Shown here one piece after another: positions 20,002 to 30,253 of a stretch of DNA of 64,000 nucleotides. Both the position numbers and the translations under genes were made by a program. Under the pieces are notes generated by a model, which saw only the letters and a list, made by a program, of their open reading frames with translations, made no database searches and was not told the origin of the DNA. Every line of letters begins with the position of its first letter. Positions within the stretch are counted from its first letter, which is position 1. Source of the stretch: Arcobacteraceae bacterium (GTDB lineage: Bacteria > Campylobacterota > Campylobacteria > Campylobacterales > Arcobacteraceae); contig JAIOSF010000032.1 of assembly GCA_021107755.1 (NCBI GenBank), forward strand, positions 18,094 through 82,093, written 5' to 3'.

Positions 20002-20389
20002 TAAACCCTTTTAAATCATTTATCGTTATACCAAAAATATCACTATACTTTTGAAGAATTTTATCATTTAATTTTCTAAAATATTTAGCTTTTAAATGTC
20101 TTTTAACTTTAAATTGAAAAAAACCAACAACAGAAGCTAAAGTAGGTATATCCATTCTGTTTTTATACATATAGTATTCTATTGGGGAAGAGATATTATT
20201 TTTTATATTTTCTAAACACTCTTTTTGTAGTATTTTATACTCCTCTACAGCTAGCTTAGTTGCATATTCTTCTATATTACTTCCATAGTTAAATGTTTGA
20301 AACTTTCCATTTTCATTAGGGGCATACATCACTTTTTGATGCCCATCTAGTGTTGAGTTTTCCTCATTTGGAATTTTGATTTGTTTCAT
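19988..20389 (-). CDS. hypothetical protein with possible C-terminal XRE-like HTH
   Basis: 133 aa. MDIPTLASVVGFFQFKVKRHL...YSDIFGITINDL resembles an HTH_XRE layout. Confidence 0.35.
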   Translation of the reverse strand: MKQIKIPNEENSTLDGHQKVMYAPNENGKFQTFNYGSNIEEYATKLAVEEYKILQKECLENIKNNISSPIEYYMYKNRMDIPTLASVVGFFQFKVKRHLKAKYFRKLNDKILQKYSDIFGITINDLKGFSDGK

Positions 20390-21528
20390 ACTACCTCTAA
20401 AGCCATAAATGAAGTTGAGAACCTGCCACTCTCAGGTATATAACAAAGTATTTTTTCACCTTTATTAAGTTTACCACTATTAAAAAGTTCCTCCAACATA
20501 ATATAGATAGATGCACTTCCCGTATTCCCAAATTTTGTTAAGTTAGTAAACCATTTTTCATAAGGTATCTCAAAATTTGCTTTTTTCAGACCTTCATATA
20601 CTTTATCTCTAAAATATGTTGAAGAGTAGTGTGGTAAAAAATAATCAAATTGTTCAGGCTTTAAAGATCGTTTTTTAGCAATTGTAATGATAGGTTTTGT
20701 TACTGTAAATTCAATAATATTTTCATTTAATAGTTTTACATCTTGTTTTATAGCAAGTAGAGATTTTTCCATCACTTCATCCTGAGAATAAGCTCTCCAT
20801 GAAGTTACCTTATTATCTTCTACATTTAATCCACTATACATACATACAGGCATCTCTCCAGCATAAGAGAGTATATCTATAAAATCAATTTTTAAAGAGA
20901 GTCCATTTTTATTTGGCTTATTTTGAAGTTTCATTGCCCCCGCACCATCTGAAAGCATCCATCGTAAAAAATCTTTTTCAAAGGCAATACTTGTATTTTT
21001 TTTAAGTTCATCAATGAGATGTTCAGATTCTTTTTGAAAGTTTTTAGCACTTAAAATAGGAGATGAAGTTTCACTTCCAGTTGCTATTGCACAAGATAAG
21101 TCACCACATTTAATACCATAATAAAGGTATTTTAAAGCATTAATTCCACTTAAGCAAATACCACTAGTACTTATTGTTTCTATCTCACTAATTTTAAGTT
21201 CCCCTTGTACCATAAGTGTGTGATTTGGCATAAGTTGATCAGGTGAAGTTGTACCACAGGAAAGAGATTCAATCTCATCTAAAGAAAAATTCTCATTTTC
21301 TAATTTTTTTATAGCGTTTGCTGTTAGTTGTGCATTTGAAAAGAGTGGTTTTTGAGTCCCTTTTTCAAGCACATAGTATCGTGTTTGTATACCATTACTT
21401 TTTAAAACAATTTTTCTAGCTTTTGATTTTTTGCCACCAATATATCCAAGATACTCTTCCATCTCATCATTACTAACAGGTTCATTTGGCATAAACTTTT
21501 CTATTTGATTGATATAAACATTATTCAT
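20386..21528 (-). CDS. FabH-like beta-ketoacyl synthase III (DarB-like dialkylresorcinol-forming KS)
   Basis: 380 aa. Cys in STSGICLSGINAL, His in LPHYSSTYF, Asn in FGNTGSASIY. Paired with the DarA-like gene. Confidence 0.65.
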   Translation of the reverse strand: MNNVYINQIEKFMPNEPVSNDEMEEYLGYIGGKKSKARKIVLKSNGIQTRYYVLEKGTQKPLFSNAQLTANAIKKLENENFSLDEIESLSCGTTSPDQLMPNHTLMVQGELKISEIETISTSGICLSGINALKYLYYGIKCGDLSCAIATGSETSSPILSAKNFQKESEHLIDELKKNTSIAFEKDFLRWMLSDGAGAMKLQNKPNKNGLSLKIDFIDILSYAGEMPVCMYSGLNVEDNKVTSWRAYSQDEVMEKSLLAIKQDVKLLNENIIEFTVTKPIITIAKKRSLKPEQFDYFLPHYSSTYFRDKVYEGLKKANFEIPYEKWFTNLTKFGNTGSASIYIMLEELFNSGKLNKGEKILCYIPESGRFSTSFMALEVV

Positions 21529-22477
21529 CTAACATAAATTCCTTCATTCTTTCATCCCCATTACCAGAGGGTTGTTCATAGGTTTCTTTCTCTACTTGTA
21601 CTTGATCTTTATTTGTTCTTCTTAAAATTGATTGAACAATCATATTAATTGGGACTACAGTTACAATAATAAGAAGTAAAAACATAAGATAAAGTATAAC
21701 CACAGGTTTTCTTTTTATATCACCTGGTTTCCCTAGTTTTTGTATTAAATTACCCCAAATATGAAAACTTTTTGTTGCAATCTTTTCACTTCTTATTAGT
21801 TTTGAGTTTACTTCTACTGCTTTTAAGCCTTGTAGTAAAGAGATATGTTCTTTCTCTTTATCGTTTTTTAAAGCTTCAACAATAGCTTTTCCAAATCTTT
21901 TAGTGTTATTTATCTGCTTTGGATCGATTCCAGCTTCACTCATACCCCATAAAGAATTAGTTTTCCCTGTAAGCATCCATCGTGGAGTTGTGATAAAAGT
22001 TTCAAGAGAGTTTCCTCTATCTATAAGTACAACATTATCAATAAGTTTTGCCCCGATATTATTTAATAAAGTTTTTACTTTTTCTTGTGCCATAATCCAC
22101 ATATTTCTACAACCAATAAGTGTTATAACTGGTTTATTTTGGAGTTTTTGTTTTGCATATTTAGATTTTAAAAATGCTGTTATAGGAATAGATGGAGATA
22201 AAAACCATACTTGATAAGCGAGTATAACTAAATCATAATTAGTCTCATCATCCTTGAAATTCTTGATATCACACCCGTTAAGATGAACAGACTCAGGGAA
22301 AGTATCCATAAAAGTCATTAAATCCCAAGGGAAGGGATAAGGTTTAATAGGTTCTATGTTTCTATAAGTAATTTGTATCGTAGTGTCATTTTGCTCAAGA
22401 GGTGCTATAAAGTTTTTTACAACATTATCAAGCTGTCCTGTTTGAGAATATGATACAACTAAAATATGTTTCTTCAA
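21521..22477 (-). CDS. DarA-like dialkylresorcinol biosynthesis protein (flavodoxin-like N-terminus, C-terminal TM)
   Basis: 318 aa. MKKHILVVSYSQTGQL flavodoxin-like start. TM segment VVILYLMFLLLIIVTVVPI. Lies immediately upstream of and overlapping the FabH-like gene. Recognised from memory of DarA proteins. Confidence 0.55.
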   Translation of the reverse strand: MKKHILVVSYSQTGQLDNVVKNFIAPLEQNDTTIQITYRNIEPIKPYPFPWDLMTFMDTFPESVHLNGCDIKNFKDDETNYDLVILAYQVWFLSPSIPITAFLKSKYAKQKLQNKPVITLIGCRNMWIMAQEKVKTLLNNIGAKLIDNVVLIDRGNSLETFITTPRWMLTGKTNSLWGMSEAGIDPKQINNTKRFGKAIVEALKNDKEKEHISLLQGLKAVEVNSKLIRSEKIATKSFHIWGNLIQKLGKPGDIKRKPVVILYLMFLLLIIVTVVPINMIVQSILRRTNKDQVQVEKETYEQPSGNGDERMKEFMLDE

Positions 22478-22564
22478 TATTTGTCCATTTATTTAGTGCT
22501 TTATTTGAATATATATTATAGTATTTTAATATTTAAATTAAGGTAAGGTACTACTTTATCTAAC

Positions 22565-22728
22565 ACAATCATAGGTTAAGTTTTAGTTAAGATTAACAAA
22601 AAAATTACGCGTGACTTGAAAATGAATATCCAGTGAATTAAGGCAAATTAAGCTCAAAGAATAATAAAAAGAGCTTAATTGCTAAAGCTATTTTCTTTAA
22701 TCTTAACTAAAACTTAACCTGTGATTGT
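22565..22728 (+). repeat. long-hairpin palindromic element, copy 1 (32-bp terminal arms, ~100-nt core)
   Basis: Arms 22565-22596 and 22697-22728 are complementary except for one T:G pair. Conserved boxes are shared with the copy at 47225-47392 (inverted). Inner 10-bp hairpin aattaagctc/gagcttaatt. Confidence 0.7.
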
Positions 22729-22774
22729 ACTATACTTTATCCTTTTTTTTAAAACATTTTTGTACAATAATAAG

Positions 22775-23728
22775 ATGAATAAGTTTTTAATCAATATTGG
22801 GTTTATTGTTTTTGGTATTTGTATTTTTACAGGTTGTGGATTTGTTAATTCTATTAAAGATTTGAAACAAAATGTAGTAGCCTCAATTAACTACAATGAA
22901 AATGAAAAATTAAATACAATACAGATGGAAAAGCAACTAACTCTTTATAAACAAAATTTTACATACGATAGAATCACTGAATTAAATTACAATAACTTTG
23001 ATCCTACTTTTGGTAAAACTGGCTTATGGCTACCAATGAAGTTTATTGAAAATATTGGTGGAGGAGTTTATTTTTTAAACTCTTTTAATCCAAATAAAAC
23101 ACCAATAGTTTTAGTGCATGGTGCAGGTGGAAACCCAAGAGAGTGGACAACTATGATTCAAACATTGGAAAATGACTTTCAAATTATTGTAGTTTCTTAT
23201 CCTTCTGGTATGCGATTGTCTCAAAGTTCACAGGTGATATATGAAGCTTTATCATATCTAATACAAAAATATAATTTTCAATATATGCCAATAATTGCTC
23301 ATAGTATGGGTGGATTAGTTATGAAAGATGCAATATCAAGAATGACTCCAATAGAGTTACAAATAGTTCAAAAATTTATCACCATCTCAACACCTTGGGA
23401 TGGTGATAAGTTAGCAAAAAGATCATCATCTTTAGATTATTCATTACCATATTGGGTTGATATGAAGCCCAATAGTATCTTTTTAAATGAGCTTAACAAC
23501 AAAGAGATACCTAGTTCTGTACAACACTATTTGTTTTTTGGATATAAAGGGAAAGTAACCTTAACTGCTGGTATTAATAATGATGGAGTTATATCATTAC
23601 AAAGTCAACTGAAAAGCCAGAGACAATATAATGCTTATAAAGTATTTGGATACAATGAAACTCATACTTCTATACTGCGTTCAAAAGAAGTTATAAACAA
23701 TATTCATACTATTCTTTTAAAAAATTAA
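22775..23728 (+). CDS. alpha/beta-hydrolase lipoprotein (lipase/esterase-like)
   Basis: Lipobox IFTGCG after ATG 22775, preferred over the track's GTG at 22721. Oxyanion region VLVHGAGG, nucleophile elbow AHSMGG. Confidence 0.7.
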   Translation: MNKFLINIGFIVFGICIFTGCGFVNSIKDLKQNVVASINYNENEKLNTIQMEKQLTLYKQNFTYDRITELNYNNFDPTFGKTGLWLPMKFIENIGGGVYFLNSFNPNKTPIVLVHGAGGNPREWTTMIQTLENDFQIIVVSYPSGMRLSQSSQVIYEALSYLIQKYNFQYMPIIAHSMGGLVMKDAISRMTPIELQIVQKFITISTPWDGDKLAKRSSSLDYSLPYWVDMKPNSIFLNELNNKEIPSSVQHYLFFGYKGKVTLTAGINNDGVISLQSQLKSQRQYNAYKVFGYNETHTSILRSKEVINNIHTILLKN

Positions 23729-23819
23729 ATGAAAAAAGTTTCCTAGATTTTCACTTAACCATCTCCTAAAAACTTTTTGGCTATAATCCAAAAAAATTAT
23801 ATATTTAAGGTAAATAAAT

Positions 23820-26033
23820 ATGTCACAACAAACACCATTAGAAATTGCACTTGCACACTCTATGACTGAAGAAGAGTATCACAATACAGTGAAGATTTTA
23901 GGACGAGAGCCTAACTATACAGAAATTGGGGTTGTCTCTGCTATGTGGTCTGAGCACTGTTCTTACAAATCAAGTAAAAAATACTTAAACGGTTTTCCAG
24001 TCAGCGCTCCATGGGTTATACAAGGGCCAGGGGAAAATGCTGGGGTTATTGATATTGGTGATGGATATGCAGCAGTATTTAAAATGGAATCACACAACCA
24101 CCCAAGTTTTATAGAACCTTACCAAGGTGCTGCAACTGGTGTTGGTGGTATTATGAGAGATGTTTTTACAATGGGGGCACGACCGGTTGCTTCTTTAAAT
24201 CTTATCCAGTTTGCTTCAATTGATGGAGATAGTGAAACTGCTAAAAGACATAGATTTTTACTAAGAGGTGTTGTTGAGGGTATCGGTGGATATGGTAACT
24301 GTATGGGTGTTCCAACTATTGGTGGACAAACAGGTTTTGAAGAGTGTTATGCTGGAAATAACCTTGTAAATGCTTTCAATCTAGGTATTTGTAAATCAGA
24401 TGAGATATTTTTAGGACGAGCAGAGGGTATTGGAAATCCTGTAATGTATGTTGGGTCTAAAACAGGACGAGATGGTCTTGGTGGGGCTGTTATGTCAAGT
24501 GCTGCATTTGATGAAGATAGCGAGTCAAAAAGACCGACGGTACAAGTTGGAGATCCGTTTACTGAGAAACTTTTACTTGAAGCTTGTATGGAACTATTTC
24601 AAAAAGATTTAATCATCGGTATTCAAGATATGGGTGCTGCTGGATTAACTTCAAGTTCATTTGAGATGGCTGGTAGAACTGGTTCAGGGATGATTATGCA
24701 TTTAGACAAAGTACCTGCAAGAGAAGAGGGTATGACACCTTATGATTTCATGTTAAGTGAATCACAAGAGAGAATGCTTATCTGTGCTAAAAAAGGGTGT
24801 GAACAAGCTGTTATTGATATTTTCCATAAGTGGGAACTTGATGCTGCTGTTATTGGTGAAGTTACAAATACTGGAAATATGGAACTATTTTGGCATGGAG
24901 AAAAATGTGCTGATATACCTATTCAACCACTTTCAGAGGAAGCTCCTGTTTTAGATAGACCAGTGAAAGAACCTGAATATTTAAAAACTATCAAAAATGT
25001 AGATTTTATGGATGAAGATGTAAATATTCAAGACACATTTGAAGCACTTTTATATGATATGGAAGTTGTAGATAAATCTTGGATATATGAACAATATGAC
25101 TCAATGGTACAAACAAATACTATAAAAGGGCCTGGAAAACTTGATGGAAGTGTAATTCGTATCAAAGAAACAGGGCGAGCTTTGGCTATGAGTGCTGATT
25201 GTAACACTAGATTTTGTTATATAGACCCAGAACTTGGAAGTAGTGCTGCTGTTATGGAAGCTGGAAGAAATGTAGCTATGACAGGTGCAACTCCAAAAGC
25301 AATCACAGATTGTCTTAACTTTGGAAACCCTCAAAACCCAGAAGTTATGTGGCAGTTTATGATGTCTTGTGAAGGGATTAAAAAAGCTTGTAAAGAGTTA
25401 AATACTCCTGTTATTGGTGGAAATGTATCTTTATACAATGAAACAAATGGAGTGGGAGTTTTCCCAACACCAGCAATTGCAACAGTTGGTGTAAATGATG
25501 ATATGAACAAAGTTTTACCTAGTAGCCTACAAAAAGATGGAAATATCATCTATATTTTAGGTGATACAAAAGGTGAATTTGGTGGAAGTTTATTTTTAAA
25601 GAAACTTTTTGGAAAAGTAGCTGGAACACACCCTGAAGTAAATTTTGAGAAAGAGTTAAGTCTTTGGAATTTAGTAATTGATGCAAATAAACAAGATTTA
25701 TTAGTAGCTGCAAAAGATATAGGGGTAGGTGGATTAGCTATTGCACTAGCAAAAATGGCAGCAGTTGGAAGTAAAGGGCTTGATGTAGATGTAGTTCTGC
25801 TAGACCAAAAAGATATGTTTGCTGAAAGTTTAAGTAGAGCAATAGTTGAAGTTGAACCAAAAAATTGTGATGCATTTGAAGCTATGGCACACTCAATGGG
25901 TGTTACTTGCGCAAATGTTGGTGTTGTAGGTGGAGATGAGTTTTCTATAAACAATACAATTCACATGGAAGTTTCAACACTAAAAGATATCTATTTCAAT
26001 ACATTTAAAAAAATTATTGAACAAGATTTATAA
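23820..26033 (+). CDS. purL: phosphoribosylformylglycinamidine synthase subunit II
   Basis: 737 aa. [19 protein letters not shown] and duplicated AIR-synthase-like domains. Confidence 0.95.
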   Translation: MSQQTPLEIALAHSMTEEEYHNTVKILGREPNYTEIGVVSAMWSEHCSYKSSKKYLNGFPVSAPWVIQGPGENAGVIDIGDGYAAVFKMESHNHPSFIEPYQGAATGVGGIMRDVFTMGARPVASLNLIQFASIDGDSETAKRHRFLLRGVVEGIGGYGNCMGVPTIGGQTGFEECYAGNNLVNAFNLGICKSDEIFLGRAEGIGNPVMYVGSKTGRDGLGGAVMSSAAFDEDSESKRPTVQVGDPFTEKLLLEACMELFQKDLIIGIQDMGAAGLTSSSFEMAGRTGSGMIMHLDKVPAREEGMTPYDFMLSESQERMLICAKKGCEQAVIDIFHKWELDAAVIGEVTNTGNMELFWHGEKCADIPIQPLSEEAPVLDRPVKEPEYLKTIKNVDFMDEDVNIQDTFEALLYDMEVVDKSWIYEQYDSMVQTNTIKGPGKLDGSVIRIKETGRALAMSADCNTRFCYIDPELGSSAAVMEAGRNVAMTGATPKAITDCLNFGNPQNPEVMWQFMMSCEGIKKACKELNTPVIGGNVSLYNETNGVGVFPTPAIATVGVNDDMNKVLPSSLQKDGNIIYILGDTKGEFGGSLFLKKLFGKVAGTHPEVNFEKELSLWNLVIDANKQDLLVAAKDIGVGGLAIALAKMAAVGSKGLDVDVVLLDQKDMFAESLSRAIVEVEPKNCDAFEAMAHSMGVTCANVGVVGGDEFSINNTIHMEVSTLKDIYFNTFKKIIEQDL

Positions 26034-26047
26034 AAGCGAATAATACT

Positions 26048-27004
26048 TTGTTAATAGATGGGCATGGGAGAAAAGTAGATTACTTAAGAGTCTCAGTAAC
26101 AGAGCGATGTAATTTTCGATGTCAATATTGTATGCCTGAGAAACCATTTTCTTGGGTACCTCATGAAAAACTTTTATCTTATGAAGATATGTTTGAATTT
26201 ATTAAAGTAGCTATTGATGAGGGTGTCACAAAAGTTCGTCTTACAGGTGGAGAGCCACTTTTAAGACATGGACTTGAAAACTTTGTCAAAATGATAGCTG
26301 ACTATTCTCCTACTCTTGATCTAGCACTTACTACAAATGCCTTTTTATTAGAAGAAGCAGCACAAAAATTAAAAGATGCAGGTCTAAAAAGAATCAATGT
26401 TTCCCTTGATAGTTTAAAACCAGAAGTTGCCCATCATATAGCACAAAAAGATGTATTAGGAAAAGTGTTAGCTGGGATCCAAAAAGCCAGTGAAGTTGGA
26501 CTAAAAGTAAAAGTAAACTGTGTTCCTATGAAAGATATCAATGATGGTGAACTTATAGATATATTAGAATTTTGTAAAGAAAAAGGGTATGAGGTACGAT
26601 TTATAGAATTTATGGAAAACTCTCATGCTTCAGTAAAAAAAGGTCTCAATTCTGCCCAGATACAAGAGATAATCAAATCAAAATACAACTTTACTAAAAA
26701 TGAGAGAGAGGGGAATAGCCCATCTCAAAGTTATGAGCTAGAAGATGGTTATAAATTTGGAATCATAGAGCCACATCTTGATGATTTTTGTAGTGATTGT
26801 AATCGTTTACGAATCACAGCTGAGGGGTATTTAATCCCTTGTTTATATTTTGAAGATGCGTTAAGTATTGCAGATGCGATAAAAGCAAAAGATATAGATA
26901 GTGCAAAAGAGATATTAAGAAAAGTATTACAAGATAAACCAGAAAAAAATAAATGGGGAAGTGAAGATCAATCTGACCGAGCATTTTATGAAACAGGTGG
27001 TTGA
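26048..27004 (+). CDS. moaA: GTP 3',8-cyclase (molybdenum cofactor biosynthesis protein A)
   Basis: Radical-SAM CNFRCQYC, C-terminal [13 protein letters not shown] cluster, TTG start. Confidence 0.9.
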   Translation: MLIDGHGRKVDYLRVSVTERCNFRCQYCMPEKPFSWVPHEKLLSYEDMFEFIKVAIDEGVTKVRLTGGEPLLRHGLENFVKMIADYSPTLDLALTTNAFLLEEAAQKLKDAGLKRINVSLDSLKPEVAHHIAQKDVLGKVLAGIQKASEVGLKVKVNCVPMKDINDGELIDILEFCKEKGYEVRFIEFMENSHASVKKGLNSAQIQEIIKSKYNFTKNEREGNSPSQSYELEDGYKFGIIEPHLDDFCSDCNRLRITAEGYLIPCLYFEDALSIADAIKAKDIDSAKEILRKVLQDKPEKNKWGSEDQSDRAFYETGG

Positions 27005-27075
27005 TTTGTTGAAGTGAGTTATAAAAATATGATTCATTTCAATAAATAATTTAATATTCAAAAAAGGAAAGAAAA

Positions 27076-28608
27076 TTGAGAGCATTAATTAGTGTTAGTG
27101 ATAAAAGTGGTGTTGAGAACTTTGCAAAAGAGTTAGTATCTTTAGGATATGAGATAATAAGTACAGGTGGAACATACAAAGCATTACAAGATGCAGGAAT
27201 AGCTGTAATTGAAGCAAACGAAGTGACAAAATTCCCAGAGTGTTTTGAAGGTAGAGTAAAAACTTTAAATCCATTTATCCACGGTGGAATATTACACAGA
27301 CGAGATAAACAATCACACTTAGACCAAGCAAAAGAACTAGGTGTTGAAGGTATTGATTTAGTATGTGTAAATTTATATCCATTTAAAGCTACTATTGAAA
27401 AAACAGATGATTTTGAAGAGATTATTGAAAACATTGATATTGGTGGACCTGCAATGGTAAGAAGTGCCGCTAAAAATTTTGATTCTGTAATTATTGTAAC
27501 TGATGTTGCAGATTATGATTTAGTATTAAACAATCTAAAAAACGATACAAATACAGTTGAATTTAGAAGAGATATGATGATAAAAGCATATGAGCATACA
27601 GCAGCGTATGATTCTATGATAGCAAACTATATGAACAAAAGATTCAATGGTGGATTTGGTGATAAACAATTTATTGTAGGGGAAAAAGTATTTGATACAA
27701 GATATGGGGAAAATCCACATCAAAAAGGTGCTTTATACGAGTTTGATAAACACCTATCAAATAAATTTATCACTGTAAAAGGTGAAGCTAGTTTCAACAA
27801 TATGGGAGATATCTCAGGAGCTGCAAAAATAGCAAGTGCATTTGGTGATGATAATGCAGTATGTATAGTAAAACATGGTAATCCTTGTGGATTTGCTATC
27901 AAAGATACATTATTAGAGTCTTACACAGAAGCTTTAAAATGTGACCCAGTAAGTGCATTTGGTGGAGTTGTTGCTGTTAATGGAATTGTAGATTTAGATT
28001 TAGCTGTTAAGATGAACGAAATTTTCTTAGAAGTTGTATTTGCAGCTGATTTTACACCAGAAGCAGAAGTTGAATTAAACAGAAAAAATAGAATCAAACT
28101 ATTCAAACAAGGTACTGCAAAACTAGAACTTGCAAATGATGATTTTAACTTCAAAATTGTTGATGGTGGATTTGTTTACCAAGATAGCGATAAAGTTGAA
28201 GATGACGAAGTTAAAAACTCAGAGTTAAAAACTACAAGAGAAGCAACTGCACAAGAGATGAAAGATATGGAGATAGCTTACAAAGTAGCATCTTTAACAA
28301 AATCAAACTGTGTAGTGTATGTAAAAAATTCTGCAATGGTAGCTGTTGGTATGGGTATGACTTCAAGAGTTGATGCAGCAAAAGCAGCACTTAGAAAAGC
28401 AGAAGATATGGGACTAGATACAAAAGGTTCTGTTCTTGCTAGCGAAGCGTTCTTCCCATTTAGAGATAGTATTGACTCAGCTGCTGAGGCTGGTGTAAAA
28501 TGTGTTATTGAACCAGGTGGTAGTGTAAGAGATGATGAGGTTATAGAAGCTGCAAATGAGTTTGGTATGGCACTATACTTCTCAGGAAAAAGACACTTTT
28601 TACACTAG
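27076..28608 (+). CDS. purH: bifunctional AICAR transformylase / IMP cyclohydrolase
   Basis: 510 aa. [13 protein letters not shown] (MGS-like domain), [16 protein letters not shown]-terminal RHFLH. Confidence 0.95.
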   Translation: MRALISVSDKSGVENFAKELVSLGYEIISTGGTYKALQDAGIAVIEANEVTKFPECFEGRVKTLNPFIHGGILHRRDKQSHLDQAKELGVEGIDLVCVNLYPFKATIEKTDDFEEIIENIDIGGPAMVRSAAKNFDSVIIVTDVADYDLVLNNLKNDTNTVEFRRDMMIKAYEHTAAYDSMIANYMNKRFNGGFGDKQFIVGEKVFDTRYGENPHQKGALYEFDKHLSNKFITVKGEASFNNMGDISGAAKIASAFGDDNAVCIVKHGNPCGFAIKDTLLESYTEALKCDPVSAFGGVVAVNGIVDLDLAVKMNEIFLEVVFAADFTPEAEVELNRKNRIKLFKQGTAKLELANDDFNFKIVDGGFVYQDSDKVEDDEVKNSELKTTREATAQEMKDMEIAYKVASLTKSNCVVYVKNSAMVAVGMGMTSRVDAAKAALRKAEDMGLDTKGSVLASEAFFPFRDSIDSAAEAGVKCVIEPGGSVRDDEVIEAANEFGMALYFSGKRHFLH

Positions 28609-28667
28609 TTTAAGAAAGAATATTTTAAACATTTTTTTTGCAATAAAGCTGTTAGATAATTTTATTA

Positions 28668-30116
28668 TTATTTAACAGTATTTATAATGTTTTTTGTTAA
28701 TTCATTAATAGTATTATTCATGTATCCTAATTCTTCTTTCATTTTATAATTTTCATTTTTTGTATTAAATTGATCTGAATATTTATTATTTTCTAAAGCA
28801 TTATTAATAAGTTTATAAATAATATTTTCAATTTTACTTATGAAATTTTCACCGCTAGTAATTTGATTTAAGGCGTTTAGTGTAGAATCTATATTGTGAA
28901 TATATGTATAGTACTGGTCAATTTCTTTTAATTCATGTTCTTTAATATTACTTTGACGGAAGGATAAAAAAGAAACTATAATAGGAAAAAAAACTGGAAA
29001 GGTTATAGATAGATAGGTTACTATTTTAATATCTTTATCTGTTGATATGAAATAATAAATACAGGTAATATAAATACAACTAAAAATGAAAGATACGATT
29101 AGAAGCCATTTCCCTAAACTATTAAAATAACTAATTCTTTTTAATATATAATTCCTTTTTTCTTCAATTTCTTTTGTTTTAACATTTAGTGATGATATTG
29201 TTTTCTGGATAATTTTAGTTTCTTCTTGTTTATTCAAAATATAATTATCTTGTGCAATAGTAAGTTTTTCAACTTGTTTTTTATAATCTTCTACTATTTT
29301 ATCTTTTTCTTTAATGAATTCTTGTGTTTCAATGGATTTTTTTGTATTGTTTTCTACGATAACATCTTTGTCTTTTTCTAACTGATTAATCTTTTCCTGT
29401 AATGATAAAATTTCAGATTTAATATTTAATTGTTGTACAATATCATTATTATCAGAATTTATTTTAAGGTATAAATATTGGTTTGGTAATATGGAGTTGT
29501 TAAATATTGCCTTATCTAAAAATGCACCTGTTAAATTAATATTAGTTAGATCTGCATTAGAAAAATCTGATTCAACCAAATTTGTTAAGCTTAGATTTGA
29601 ATTTTTAAATATTGACTGAGTACAATCTGAAGTTGATAAATCTGAATTACTTAAATTAGAGTGGAGTAATATAGAGTTTTTAAATATACACATAGTTAAG
29701 TTAGCGTTTTGAAGTTTTGAATTTGACAAATCAGCATATGTAAAATCAGCACCATAAATTGTAGAGTTATTTAGGTTTGATGATTTAATTGTTGCTCTAT
29801 TAAACTTTGATAAACTTAACGTAGCATTATTTAAATTTGAGTTATTTAGATATGTATAACTTAAATCAGAGTCTGTTAAATCAGCATTGTTTAAATTAAT
29901 ATTATTTAGATTGGAATTACTTAAATTTACTTCTATTAAATCAAAATTTGACAAATTTTTATTGCTTAAATCAATTCTAGATAAATCTAGTTTTTGTAAA
30001 TTGGATTTGTTGTATTCAGATTTTAACCTATTCCATTCTTCAGAATTATTATTATCAGCACATTCAATTAAAAATTCAACTATTTCTCTCTTTGTCATTA
30101 ATTCAATTTTCTTCAC
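28668..30116 (-). CDS. pentapeptide-repeat protein fused to a coiled coil, two TM helices and a C-terminal domain
   Basis: 482 aa. Residues ~45-215 are continuous A(D/N)LxX pentapeptides (NLSNFDLIEVNLSNSNLNNINLNNADLTDSDLS...). A coiled-coil region follows, then TM segments LLIVSFIFSCIYITCIYYFI and YLSITFPVFFPIIVSFLSF. Confidence 0.7.
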   Translation of the reverse strand: MKKIELMTKREIVEFLIECADNNNSEEWNRLKSEYNKSNLQKLDLSRIDLSNKNLSNFDLIEVNLSNSNLNNINLNNADLTDSDLSYTYLNNSNLNNATLSLSKFNRATIKSSNLNNSTIYGADFTYADLSNSKLQNANLTMCIFKNSILLHSNLSNSDLSTSDCTQSIFKNSNLSLTNLVESDFSNADLTNINLTGAFLDKAIFNNSILPNQYLYLKINSDNNDIVQQLNIKSEILSLQEKINQLEKDKDVIVENNTKKSIETQEFIKEKDKIVEDYKKQVEKLTIAQDNYILNKQEETKIIQKTISSLNVKTKEIEEKRNYILKRISYFNSLGKWLLIVSFIFSCIYITCIYYFISTDKDIKIVTYLSITFPVFFPIIVSFLSFRQSNIKEHELKEIDQYYTYIHNIDSTLNALNQITSGENFISKIENIIYKLINNALENNKYSDQFNTKNENYKMKEELGYMNNTINELTKNIINTVK

Positions 30117-30253
30117 AGTAACTCCTTCCTTATAACCTTAAATATCATATACTTTTGTTTATTAGATATTAATTAAAGTGTTTCGAATATTAAAAAAGTA
30201 AGAGGAAAGAAAAGAGAGTTTAGATTTCATCATAAGTTCATATGCCATAACCA

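Noticed and set aside
22565-22728. Integron attC site or IS110-type bridge-RNA interpretation of the hairpin element.
   Set aside because: The outer stem bases do not form the RYYYAAC/GTTRRRY R''/R' pair in either copy. No intI, IS110/IS1111 or any other transposase gene is adjacent to either copy.
22721-22774. GTG start at 22721 for the lipase gene, as given in the track.
   Set aside because: It would begin inside the 3' arm of the hairpin element and add 18 residues before a perfectly good Met-Asn-Lys signal peptide and lipobox starting at 22775.
25101-25954. Three consecutive minus-strand ORFs (77, 72 and 134 aa) inside purL. Similar antisense ORFs lie inside purH (27051-28154), accD (42936-43436) and other strongly supported genes.
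   Set aside because: They lie entirely within well-supported housekeeping genes on the opposite strand. Their Ser/Thr/Pro/Phe-rich low-complexity translations are typical of antisense frames in AT-rich DNA.
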